Source: Eledone cirrhosa
Lineage: Eukaryota
Assembly: GCA_964016885.1 (NCBI GenBank)
Contig: OZ024741.1
Coordinates: 170,934,001 to 170,998,000 of the forward strand
DNA length: 64,000 nt
Direction: 5' to 3'
In this document: one piece after another, positions 26,353 through 40,100 of the stretch
Layout: every line of letters starts with the position of its first letter
Position numbering within the stretch: position 1 is the stretch's first letter
Notes under the pieces: generated by a model
Seen by the model: the letters and a program-made list of their open reading frames with translations, nothing else
The model's database searches: none
What the model was told of the DNA's origin: nothing
Made by a program: the position numbers and the translations under genes

Positions 26353-29300
26353 CTGGGATGGACACGTGTGTTAAACTTGCTCGGTAAGTTTTGTTTAAAT
26401 TTCTTTAGAAATTCGTCATTGTGAACTTTTATTTTTATACCAATTTGTAGAGGGACTGACAGGTCAAACTTTGATCTGGTCAGTCTCCCAAAATATCGTG
26501 CCCTTCAGAGCAAAAACATCAAAAATATTTTCGAAAAAAATAAATGTTTGCAAAACACTTTCATTTTTTAAAAATGGCTGAAGCAAAGGCACCTACTTAT
26601 TTGTCAAAACAAGAAGATTGGAATGGAAAGCCATGCCTACTTGACCAGCAGGTAGTATCAGACATGGACAAAGGAAGGCCAACATTATCGCCTCAACATT
26701 TAGAAGAGGAACAAGCTTCAGCTGCTTGTAAGCAACTGAACAAGCCTGACGTCACAAACGTCACATGTATCCACACACAGAAGGAAGTATGTGTAGCAAA
26801 TAATAACACCACCACAAGCAACAACAACAACACAATAAATGAGAACAACAACAAACCAACAAAAGGAATCAGTGGCAACACAACGAATGAGACCATCATC
26901 ACCACCAACAACAACAATAACAACATTTCATTTGCAGCAACAGGATTTTAAATACTACATCCATGGACATTTCCCAAAAGTCCCAATATTTGGAAGAAGC
27001 TTCCAACTATGTGACGTTTGAGGGAGACACCCCACACATACACATCCCCCACAAGTAAGAGAAATGACACAGAAAAAGAAGTTAATTTATAGAACAGTTG
27101 ACATCACTACCAAAAAACCCATAACGCTCCCAACAAGCACTATCGAAGCTGCACTAAAAGACATCAAGCCAGACGTTGCATACCTCCAAAGAGGTAAACA
27201 GTATGGAAGTGTGTCAGTGTTCTTTAAGAGCGAAACTCTGGCACAAAAACACTCGGTTCACCCAATAAAGACGGATCAACACATCTTCGCCACATACATG
27301 GGAAGAAGATCCTACAAAATAAAAATAACCAGGATCCCAGCAGAGGTCAACATATGGTGGATCCTACGCTGCATCCTGAAGAAGGATGAAGACACCCTCC
27401 TATCTGTAGACAGGAAAGACCGGCATAACTGGTTTGGAACCTGCATCGAGGTTCTGGTACAAATAAGGCCAGAGATAAATACCGGACAGGATCGTCCTTG
27501 AGGAAGATGTCATCTCCATTTTAGTGGAGGGGAAAAGACCTCAGTGCCATAAGTGTGAGAAAACCACACACTTAAAGGCCTTTTGCCCTCTCTTAAACAA
27601 ACCGAAGACAAACAAGGTGTTATTACCAACACCAAAACCCCAACATCAACACTCCAAACCAAACACAACACAAACACCCGTAACATCCACTCCCACACCA
27701 CCACAGCACACACAATCCCACTGAAAAACCCTCCATTGCCTCTCCCCCCTCCCCTGTCAAATACTTCCACAAACACCTGCCCAAACACTCTACCACACGA
27801 CATACCCCTCCCATCTACCCCTGATTCAGAAGTTTCAGATACGGGAACCTCTACATCTCCAAGTGAGAATGAAGAGGAACCCCAAAAATCCAAAAAACCA
27901 AAAAGACACAAAAAAGACGCAAAAACATCTACAGAAAAGACGCACACACTCAACCCCACCATAAACACACCGCCACAAACGACAAACGCACCAACAACAC
28001 AATCACCACCAACACAACCAAACACTTCACCAACAAAACAAACACACATACCACCATAATCACAAACCCCAACCACAAAAAAAAAACTACAAACAGAAAC
28101 AGGACACATAAAAAACAAAACACACTACACATACATAAAAACAAGAAACAAAGAACTGGTGGAAACTGTCCGAAAGGACCCCACAATACAAACGGAAGGG
28201 AAATCGTTCCCCACCAAAGACCCACCCCCAAACCTCAAACTTATCAGGGTAACAACCCTACAATATGAAACTTTAAAAGAGAACTTCCCACATTATGTGG
28301 GCCCCTCTTGCCAAAAGCCCCTTAACCGTGTCCTGCTAAAAGGATTCCCTCCCTCCCCAAACACCACCAATCTGGACATGGAGATCGAACAACCCGACCT
28401 CCAGGAAACGAAAAGGTAAGTGTTCCTGCCTTTTCTTTCCTTAACTCTTCTTCACCAACATGGCGACTATACAAGCTGGATGTTTGAATGTACGTGGCCT
28501 GGGCATGTCCTGGAAACAGGACCAGCTTTTAAATGATCTCAGGTGACATCGTATAGATGTGATAGCCATCACCGAGTCCAGAATTCACGACAAGCAGCAG
28601 CTAACCCCCAAGGGGGAGGGGGAGTTGCTGTTCGGTTTCGAAAAGACTTAGATCTCAAAATACAGACGATTCACTTGGACCCGGAGGGCAGCCAGGTGGT
28701 CCTGGACGTGAATGGTAGTGAAGGTGGAGCTTTCAGGCTGGTGGCTGTATATGCCCCTGCTGGGACATCGCGACCAGAGCTCTTCAAGCGTCTGGAGCCA
28801 TTTCTGGGAACGTCTCGCTCCTTAGTGTTAGCGGGGGACTCGAATGGCATCTTAGACGCACGTTGGGACTATGTAGGAGCTTGTGATAATAGAAGGGGGT
28901 TAATAGCCTCAAAAATCTCATCAGTCCAATTCTAACTGGCTGATAGATATCGAATAGACTTCCCAAGTGCAGCACTGTGGACGTGGAGCAAACGCACTGG
29001 ATCGTATTTAGATAGATTTTTAATTAGACAGAATGATAAGGAAACATTAAGTTGTCCACAAATGCACATGGTTGCCTATTCAGACCACAAATTAGTCACC
29101 TGGGTAGTCAACCTTGATAGAACACATAGACTGGGACCCGGATACTGGAAGCTAAACATGTCGCTCCCGGCGTGTAAGGCCTACAGTGAATGGATTAGCA
29201 CCTTAGTTAAGTGCCAGGTGACGGGGGCGATCGTCAACATCAGGTGGTGGAGCTCTCTGAAGAGAGCAATTATAGAATCGATAGTATTTAGCAAGGAAGT

Positions 29301-31980
29301 AGCTTTAGAAAAAAACAAAACTGAAAAGGAACTGGTAGCTAAAATAGAAGAGGCACTTAGGAATGGCAGTACAACTGATGTGCTAGCGGCGAGAACGGCA
29401 CTAGACCAGTTCTTCAACGTGAAACACGAAGGTTGTATTGTCATAAGTAGAACACGTGCTCTAAGAAACGAGGGAGCCAAAGCTGTTAGCTGTGCCCGAG
29501 TGGCAGAGGCGAAAAGTGGCAACAAATCCACAATTCGGTCTTTGCAAGACAAAAATGGACGCATTACACTTGAATCCAAGCAGATGTGCGCAGCCTTCCA
29601 GCAGCATTTTGCACAACTGTTCGGGCAAAGCGATACATCGAACGAGGTAATGGACTTCAGCCCCTACCTCCACGGCGTACCGCGACTCTCGAGCACGGAT
29701 GCGGAGAGCTGCGAAAGGCCGATCACAGCGGGCGAAATAGAAGATGCCCTAGGCCGCTGCGGGAAACGCAAATCCCCCGGTTTAGATGGTCTACCCTATG
29801 AGTTTTACATAGGCATGCCAGACTTGTTCTCTGGCGTCCTCGAAGCCGTCTACTGCAACTGGCAGCAGAACGGGAGGATTCCCAGTTCTGTAGGCAGAGG
29901 TGTAGTAACGCTGATCAGGAAAGATGAGAACAAGGGGGATGAGATAAGAAGTTTCAGGCCCATAACTCTGCTCAACACAGAGTTAAAGATTTTGGCCAAG
30001 GTTTTAGAAGCAAGGCTGGCGCTTGACGTCGAGAACCTGGTAGGGGAAGCCCAAACGTGTGCAATCCCAACCATATCCATACACGACAACCTCACCTCAT
30101 GCGATACATCATAGAGAGGGTAGGGTGTAAACCTGGCTTTGGTGGGGCTCTGATCAATTTAGATCAGTCTAAGGCATTTGATAGGGTTGACCATCAATAC
30201 TTGGAAGCAGTTCTCAAGGCGGCCGGCTTCGGTCCTATTTTCAGAGGCTGGATCGCTGCCATGCACACCAGCATCTGCTCGGCAGTCAATGTGAATGGCT
30301 ACCTATCAGAGCCATTCCAAATCATGCGTTCCATTCGTCAGGGATGCCCTCTCTCCTCCATTCTGTATGTACTGACTCTCGAGCCGTTACTGCGGAAATT
30401 GGAGCTGTCGAACCATGACTGCGGAAAGCAACGTCAGCCTATGCCAACGACATAACCATAATGGTGTCGAAAACCTCGGAAATCAGGGTAATCGGCAACC
30501 TATTACAGGAATACGAAACATTGACAGGAGCAAGACTAAACCCAAACAAGTCTGTCGGTTTGCAACTCGGCACATGGAGAGGCAAACCCATGCATTCTGA
30601 CAGTGTCGTTGGACGCTGGACGGAAGGACCGGTGAAATTGCTCGGTGTCTGGTTCGGTCCAGACCTCCAGGTGGACAAGAACTGGAACGAGGTCACGGCG
30701 AAGGTGTTTGCACTCACCCAGAAGTGGGCTGAGTGCAAACTCTCCTTGAAAGGTCGAGCGGAGGTGGCGAACACTTACATAGCGTCCGTCATCTACTACC
30801 GCTTGACTTTCCCCCGCGAATACCTTACCAAAATGGAACGCCTACACTTCAAGTTCCTCTGGAAGAAACAGGCTCCATTGATGAGGAGATCCATCTGCTG
30901 TCTGTCAACACCCTTCTAACGGAGGGCTGGGCATGCCGTGGCTGATGATGTGCAAACATGCGCTGAGGCTACGCCATCTCCAGGTATTCCTGGCCGGTGA
31001 ACCGGTGTGGCTGTCATTTGTGAGACAAGCTCTTCCACAACTTGTCTCACTAACAGAGCTGCAGTCCTGGGTCAAGCGAAGACCGAAAATGGGTGCCTGG
31101 CACCTTGAGTGCCTACAGGCGCTCACAGCCCTCTACCAAGCAGAAACGGCAATCAGCGGAGTTTCCACTTTTGACATTCTATAGGGGATTAGTGGAGGAT
31201 AAGTGCGACGACGTTCTCGGGGAAACTCTAGGCATCGAGGAGGACGAACTGACCAGTCTGTTCGGGAGGACTTTCGATCCAGGGCCTATGGATAACTTCC
31301 CGAGGTCTCTGTCCTGGCAGTGCTACCGAGGAGGACATCGAAACCGTTCTGCACGCAATTGTTCAGTGCCCGGGTGACAGACCTGTGGAATTATGTCGAA
31401 CAGCTTCTGTCACGTGTGGGACGCATCCAGTTGTCAGCCGAGTCCATCGTGAGGATCACCCCGCCGCCTTCATTTAAGAACGAAGGAGAGGCGGTTTTCC
31501 TCTGTGTGGTGGCTATGGCGAAAGAGGTAATATGGTGGACGAGGTTAAAAGGAGTGAGGGCAAACACCGTTCTCTCCGGACAACAACTTATCCCCTTCTT
31601 TAAGTATCACTTCAGACGGAAGGTGCGAGTGGAGAGAGAGGTGCTACACCCCAGTAAATTCGCTGAAAGGTGGGTGAATGTGGCAAAAATGGCCTCAGTG
31701 AATGGGCCTTCTCTGTATATAAACCTGTAGGTTGAGGAAGATAAACAGAGGGAAGATAGGAACACCTACAAAACGTGTTCCGGGTGTTGAGGGTTGTTCT
31801 ATCCACGCGGTGTAAAACAACCCTGCAGTAACGTTTCCCTCTATTGGGGATTTCAATTGTTATTTTATTATATATAGTTTATTGTTATTTATTAATGTTA
31901 AAGTTATTTTTATGTAAAACCCCTGCCGTCACGTCTTGTAATGTCCCATTTTTGTACGCCCATGTGGCAAATAAAGAAAG
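26353..31980 (+). mobile_element. Full-length, inactivated Tx1/L1-clade LINE (copy 2, different subfamily)
   Basis: ORF1 from ATG 26574 with CHKCEKTTHLKAFC; ORF2 from ATG 28460; AATAAA at 31970; followed by (TC)n. Confidence 0.9.
28460..31730 (+). pseudogene. Tx1 ORF2 (APE, RT) with frameshifts and deletions
   Basis: YSDHKLV, GPGYWKLN, KSPGLDGLPYEFY, FRPITLLNTE, LDQSKAFDRV, SIRQGCPLS. Collinear with copy 1. Confidence 0.92.
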
Positions 31981-31981
31981 A

Positions 31982-32074
<93 letters not shown>

Positions 32075-32524
32075 ATAATAATAAATGTGAAGACTAAAAT
32101 CGGAAGAGGGTTCCATAAGGATAATATATATAAATATAAACCCTAGAGCAAATATTTATTAAAATAACTGATTAAAGTTTAAGCAAATAATCGCTGCTTT
32201 CACCCTTAACGGGATCTTCTGAGTTTTTGTCGTAGACATAGAATACAACAGGAGGGAACATAATAGTACCTCTGATGATGTTGCAGATGTGCATCGAAAG
32301 AAATGTGTTAGACTATATATATGTATTAATATCTGCATTTTTTACCGTTGGTCAGTCAATGATAAACACTGAGGACCAAATGAATTAACTATGGAGATAT
32401 AAAAGATACAGAAGCGAAAGCCAACCAAACAGTGAGTGTGTTCTGTTATTATTTCTTGACCCTCCCCACGTATAGCAATATTTGTTTCGACACACGATTT
32501 CATATCAAAAACCTCGCAAAACAA

Positions 32525-32612
<88 letters not shown>

Positions 32613-32617
<5 letters not shown>

Positions 32618-33321
32618 TAAAGTGGTCCTTCATCAGTGATCTTCCAACCATCACAGGTATTTCTTCGCTTTAAAGACCATATACCTCCGGTTGGTGCGAG
32701 CAACGGCTAAAAAAAGTCGTTGGGACACGTAAATAAAGGGAACAGCGAGAGTGTAAACAAACAAAGATGGTGAAGCAACGAAAAGTGAGGAAGAACGAGT
32801 CAAGTCCCAAATTTCCATGAATATAAGTTCGGTGAAATCGTGAACGAGCGAGAATAAAGACCATCAAACCTGGTTGGAATGTGAGCAAGGAAGGAATTCC
32901 GTACAGGTCTAACGGGAGGAAGAAGGAATCTAGTCTGTGAATTGGGTGAACATAAGTTCTGTGAAATCGTAGACGAGAGAGAGAAAAAAGGCGAATCAGC
33001 CTGACCAAGCGTGCGAAAGAAAAGAATTACGCACAGGTCAAACGGGAAGAAGGAGGAGGAGGAGAGGTAGTAACAGAGAGCGAATGAGTGAAGGGTGTGG
33101 AAGAGGCTAACAGAGAGAGTGACTGTTAGAGACGGTAAACATACAGAGAAAGAGGAAGCAGTAAGAACGAAATAGACGGGTCACAGCGGGGGAAAAAATA
33201 TGTGTAAATATGAGAATAAACGTGCTGCGTGGTTGCAAATGGGTAACATATGAATAAAGTGGTCCTTCATCAGTGATCTTTCAACCATCACAAGTATTTC
33301 TTCGCTTTAAAGACCATATAC
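32613..33321 (-). mobile_element. Unclassified non-autonomous repeat: 637-bp unit with a ~72-bp terminal direct repeat (related copies 54392-54525 and 55059-55360, + strand)
   Basis: ATGAATAAAGTGGTCCTTCATCAGTGATC..GACCATATAC at 32613 and 33250. Reverse complement aligns with 55059-55360. Confidence 0.7.
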
Positions 33322-34429
33322 AAAAGCAGTAATAATAATAAACGAAGACTAAAATCCAAATAGGGCTCGATAAGGATAAATATATATCAAATATATAAGA
33401 ACCCTAGAGCAAATATTTATTAAAATAACAGATTAAAGTTTAAGCGAAGAATCGCTACTTTTACCCTTAACGGAATCTTCTGAAACTAAGAGAATCAATC
33501 TGTGAACTCAGAAATAAATATTTCGAAAAATGTTGCAACCGAAGGAAAAGGGGAGGACGATATTTTGGTTCGTGATGACGTTGCCTGGCAATGAACAGAA
33601 AAAAAAGAGAGGATAATACGTGGTTATCTGGAGCGAAGAGAACAAATACACGCAAAGACAAAACCACGTTTACAGTATAAATGGAGTCGTAGACTAATAT
33701 TCTATTCAGGAAACCGAATGATTCTCGACTACGGAGTTAAGAATAATGTAAATAAATTAGTAGAACGAAAATGACAGAGGTAATTAAAGTAATAATTATT
33801 AAATATATACGTACATAAAAATGCATACGCGAAAACACACGCCATGCATGCAAATACATGCAGGTACACATAAACTCACGCACACGTACGAACGTATACA
33901 CCAAATACATATGTAAAAGTATGTGTGTGTGTGTGTATATAATATAATTATATAAACGTATATAAATATACACACATAAATACGCATATAACGCACGCAC
34001 ACACATACCTACAGGTAAATACACATATGTTCACTAAACGTACATATACCAAAACTCAATGTACACATATAAACACCATACATACGTGCAAATACGCATA
34101 CACACACAAAAACGAAATACACATATACACATAACCATATAACAGATACCAGTATATATAATATATACACCTATAACAGATACAAGCATATATACGGGAA
34201 CTTCTGAAACAAAAAAAACTCAATCTGTGAACGCAGAAGTAAATATTTCGAAAAACGTTGCAACCGAAGGAAAACTTTGGTTCGTGAAGATGTTCCTGGC
34301 ATAAGAATATATATATATATACACACTATATATACATATATACACACTCACACTGATCGCGTCATAATAACGTAATGCAGACATTTAGACATGCAGACAG
34401 ATATTATAAGGGCGCAACGTTATATTTAT

Positions 34430-34705
34430 GTATCTATCTAAAAAGAAAAACTAAGAATTATAGAGAGAAATCGCTATATTGCCTAATGCGGTCCCTAAGG
34501 CATTGAAAATTTGAAATTTTCTTTGCTCAAAACACTCACAGGACCATAAGTATTACATATGTAAAGTTTGAAAACAATCGGTTGGGTGGTTCTCGAAATT
34601 TAGTGAGCTGACAGACAGATAGACATACAAACATACAGACAGACATACATCTTCTGTTATATATATATATATATTCTAGCAGAGGAACCCGGCGTTGCTC
34701 GGGTA
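34430..34705 (-). mobile_element. Non-autonomous Helitron-like termini (5'-type end abutting a 3' hairpin-CTAG end)
   Basis: Minus strand CCCGAG CAACG CCGGG TTCCTCTG CTAG at 34677-34703. Adjacent AAAGTTTGAAAACAATCGGTTG..(GACA)n..TATATA is typical of Helitron-derived repeats. Confidence 0.55.
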
Positions 34706-35704
34706 TTAAATAGCAGTTATGTATACCATTTATGTCAATACTTCAGTGCTGCTTCGAGAACTATACTTTTACAAAATGATCAGCTTTTTCCAGAAACGAA
34801 TTCAAATTGGCTAAGAATTGTCACGTGGCTAGTGGTCAAGTCAGAAAGCTTGTGATTGGTGCCTGTCGGCGAGTAGGCTGGCTTTTCTGGCGGGGATCAT
34901 TTGAGAAAAATCTTTATCTAATTGAGTTTGATTTATCCGAGATCTGATATTTCCAAAAAGCGAATAAAACCTTCTGGGGTAGAGATATATTTTGATGATT
35001 TTGGTATGTTTATGCACATTTGTTCTTCTAACTTTGATTTTGTACCTAATTATGTATGGTTAGCTATATGTCTAGTCAATTTCTACAGTCTATCGGAAAT
35101 AATAGGTAAATTTTCTGTGGCTGTGAATCGCGGTTAAAAAGCTATCATTCATTTATCTATTATTTCTTCATTGGTATATTTTAAACTTATAGCCTCGTTT
35201 AATTGATTTTTTGTGTGTTTGATTATGCTGATTGGGAGAGGAAATACTGTATATATTTTATCTAATGATTCTATGGAATTACTTTCTTATATATATATAT
35301 ATATATACAATACATACATACACACACATATATATACAAACACACACGCGCACACACATAGATATATACATGCGCGCGCGTGTATGTGTGTGTGCGAGTG
35401 TGTGTGTGTGTTAGTATGTATAATTATAGCTATAAATGTAGTAAAATACTCTTGCGCAAGTGGAAGCCAATGATGAATCTATTCATTAGCATTACCCTGA
35501 CAATTTTGAACGTTTCAACACATTGTATTTCTTAGACAAAACACAGTTTCACCGTTACTCCAGACATTAGATAATTAGTGAAATATATACGATGTTTCTG
35601 AAGACTAAAGTGTATAGTCATGGTTGTACGTATATGCGTACGAAATCATATTTATTGTGTCGGCAAGTATGAAATTTGTAGAGATTTGTAGAAAAAAAAA
35701 CAAA

Positions 35705-36060
35705 TTTCTTCAAATTTCGTACTTGATGACCCAAAATATACATTTAAACCCCCTCCCCCCACTAACACACTTGCATACACGCAAAAAAACACACACACAC
35801 ACACTTACACTTACACATATATACACACACATATATACACACACATACACACATATATATGAAGTTTCATACTTGACGACCCAATACATACACTCATTCA
35901 CACAAGCATACATACACACGCACACAACACCCACTTACATATACTTACACACACACATACACACACATACATACACACATATACACACACCACATATATA
36001 CTTCAAATTTCATACTTGACGACCCAATACGTACATACATTCACACAAGCACACACACAC
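35705..36060. repeat. Three-copy ~147-bp tandem repeat with CA-rich spacers
   Basis: TTTC(G/A)TACTTGA(T/C)GACCCAA at ~35715, 35865 and 36008. Confidence 0.7.
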
Positions 36061-36552
36061 ATTCGCACAAACACACACACACACACACACACACACATTC
36101 ACACAAGCACACACACACAGATACACACGCTCACATATTTACACTACACACACACATATATATATATACAGGCACACACACACACACATTTACACTTACA
36201 CACACACATGCATACATACATACAGACACACACACACACATTTACACTTACACAGACATGCATACATACACGCACGCACACTTACACACATAGACACACA
36301 CACACACACATACATACACATATACACACACATACATACATATATACTTTGCTAAATACACGTAGGATCCATACAATACTGTATCAGCCCAATATTATGT
36401 TTTAATTTATCTGTTTCAATTTTTTTCTCTGAATTGACGAAATAATCAATTTAATCACCTACTTTATTTCTTTCCACACATTTTAACTTAGTACAGCGTT
36501 AAAAATGATCCCCGCAGACATCTTGCTACCACAACTAGGCATCTTCGCCTTC

Positions 36553-36919
36553 GTTGTTGTTGTTGCTGTTGTTGTTGTTGTTGTTGTTGGTGGTGGTGGT
36601 GTTGTTGCTGTTGTGGCTGTTGCTGTGGTTGTTGTTATTGGTGGTGGTGGTGGTGGTGTTGCTGCTGTTGTTGTTGTTGCTGTGGTTGTTGTTGTTGTTG
36701 GTGGTGGTGGTGTTGTTGCTGCTGTTGTTGCTGTGGTTGTCGTTGTTTTTGTTGTTGTGGGTGGTGGTGGTTGTGGTAGCGGTGGTGGTGGTGGTGGCGG
36801 CGGTGTTATTGTGGTTGTTGTTTTATGTTCTTGTTGTTGTTCTTGTCGTTGTTGTTGTTGTTGTTGTTGTTGTTCTTCTTCTTCTTCTTCTTCTTCTTCT
36901 TCTTCTTCTTCTTCTTCTT

Positions 36920-37001
<82 letters not shown>

Positions 37002-37075
37002 TTCATCGTTTTCTTCTTCTTCTTCTTCTTCTTCTTCTTCTTCTTCTTCTTCTTCTTCGTCTTCTTCTTCTTCTT
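36553..37075. repeat. Compound trinucleotide block (GTT/GGT)n-(TCT)n-(TAT)n-(TCT)n
   Basis: Directly visible. Confidence 0.95.
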
Positions 37076-37114
37076 GTCTTTCTCTCCGTTTGTTCTTTTT
37101 TCTTTTTCTTCTTG

Positions 37115-40100
37115 CACCACAACCTCCACTACCACCACCACCGCCACCACAACAACAACAACAAATAACACCACCACCATCACCACCACAACAACAACTA
37201 ACACCACTACCACCACTATCACCACCACCACAACAACAACAACACCAATCACTACCATCACCACCACAACAACAACTGCCACCACCACCATCACAACCAC
37301 AACAACAACTACCACCACCACCACAGCCATCACCACCACAAAAACAACTACCACCACCACCGCCATCATCACCACAAAAACAACTACCACCACCACCACC
37401 ATCACCACAACAACAACTACCACCACCACCACCATTACCACCACAACAAAAAGTACCACCACAATCACCACCACAACAACAACTACCACCAGCACCACAA
37501 TCACCTTCACCACAACAACAACAAATACCACCACCACCATCACCAGCACAAAAACAACTACCACCACCACACCGCCATCACCACCTCGACAAAAATAACC
37601 ACCACCACCATCACATCACCACCAAAATGACAACTACCACCACCACCACAACAACAACTACCGCCACCACCATCACCATCACCACCACAACGACAAATAA
37701 CACCACCATCACCATCACCGTCACAAAAACAACTACCACCACCACCACCACCATCACCATCACAACAACAACTACCACCACCACTACCACCACCACAACA
37801 ACAACAACTACCAACACCACCACCATCACCACCACAATAACAAATACCACCACCACCATCACCACCACAACGACAAATACCACCACCATAACCATCACCG
37901 CCACAAAAACAACTACCACCACCACCGCCATCTCCACCACAACAACAACTACTACGTCCACCACCACCATCACCACCACAATAAAAACTACCACCACCAC
38001 CACCACCACCACCACAACAACAACAACTAACACCACCACCACCATCAACACCAAAACAACTACCACCACCACCATCACCATCACTGACACAATGAACACT
38101 ACCACCACCACCATCACCATCACCACCACAACAACAACTACGACCACAACCACCATCACCACCACAACAACAACTACCACCACCATCAACACCATCACCA
38201 CCACAACGAACACTACCACCACTACCATCACCATCACCACCACAACAACAACTACCACCACCACCACAACAACAACTACCACCACCACCAACATCACCAC
38301 CACAACAACAACTACCACCACCACCAACACCACCACCACAACAACTACCACCACAACTGCCATCACCACCACAACACCAACTACCACCACCAACACCACA
38401 AGCACCACCACAACAACAACTACCACCACCACCTCAGTCACCACCACAACAACAACTACCACCAACCACCATCACCACCATAACAACTACCACCACCACC
38501 ACCACCACCATCACCACCGCAACAACAACTATCACCAACGTTACCATCACCACCACAATAACTACCACCACCACAACAATAACTACCACCACCATCACCA
38601 CAACAGCAACAACTACCACCACCACCACCTCAACAACAACTACCACCACCATCACCAACACCACAACAACTACCACCACCACCACCATCACTACCACAAC
38701 AACAACTACCACCACCACCACCATCACCACCACAACAATAATTACCACCATCACCGCCATCACCACCACAACAACAACTACCACCACCACCACCATAAAC
38801 ACCACAACAACAACTACCACCACCAACATAACCATCACCACCAAAACGAACACTACCACCACTACCATCACCATCACCACCACAACAAAAACTACCACCA
38901 CCACCACAACAACAACTACCACCACCACCAACATCACCATCACAACAAAAACTACCACCACCACCAACACCACCACCACAACAACTACCACCACCACTGC
39001 CATCAGCACCACAACAAGTACCACCATCACCATCACCAAAACAAAAACTACCACCACCACCACCATCACCACCACAATAACAACTACCACCACCTACACC
39101 ACCATCACCACCACAACAACGACTACCACCACCACCATCACCACCACAACAACTAGCAGAACCACCACCACCATCACCACAACACCAACTACCACCACCA
39201 ACACCACCAGTACCACCACAACAACAACTACCACCACCACCTCCATCACCACCACAACAACTACCACCACCACCACCACCACCATCACCACCGCAACAAC
39301 AACTACCACCAACCACCATCACCACCATTACAACTACCACCACCACCGCCACCACCATCACCACCGCAACAACGACTATCACCAACGTTACCATCACCAC
39401 CACAACAACTACCACCACCACTACAACAACTACCACCACCACCACCATCACCACCACAACAATAACTACCACCACCACCACCACCACAACAACAACTATC
39501 ACCACCACCACCTCAACAACAACTACCACCACCACCATCACCAACACCACAACAACTACCACCACCACCATCACTACCACAACAACTATCACCACCACCA
39601 CCACAACAACAACTATCACCACCACCACCTCAACAACAACTACCACCACCACCATCACCAACACCACAACAACCACCACCACCACCATCACCACCATCAC
39701 CACCACAACAACTACCACCACCACCACCACCATCACCACCACAACAACAACTACCACCACCACCACCATCACTACCACAACAATAATTACCACCACCACC
39801 ACCATCACCACCACAACAGAATTACCACCATCACCGCCATCACCACCGCAACAACAACTACCACCACCACCACTAACATCACACCACTACAACAACTACC
39901 ACAACCACAATCAGCACCACAACAACAACTACCACAACCACCATCACCACCACAACAACAACTACCACCACCACCACCATCACCACCACCATCACCACCA
40001 CAACAACAACTACCACCACCACCATCACCACCACAACAACAACTACCACCACCACCACCACCATCAGCACCACAACAACAACTACCACCATCACCACCAT

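Noticed and set aside
32620-32680. Possible type II hammerhead (GGTCTT..CTGATGA AGGACC, minus strand)
   Set aside because: TAAA replaces GAAA in all copies and no stem III forms.
36505-39156. 883-aa ORF and the other long ORFs across 36.5-53 kb
   Set aside because: Translations of triplet repeats that lack stops in most frames on both strands. Residue composition changes at 1-nt indels and there is no unique domain.
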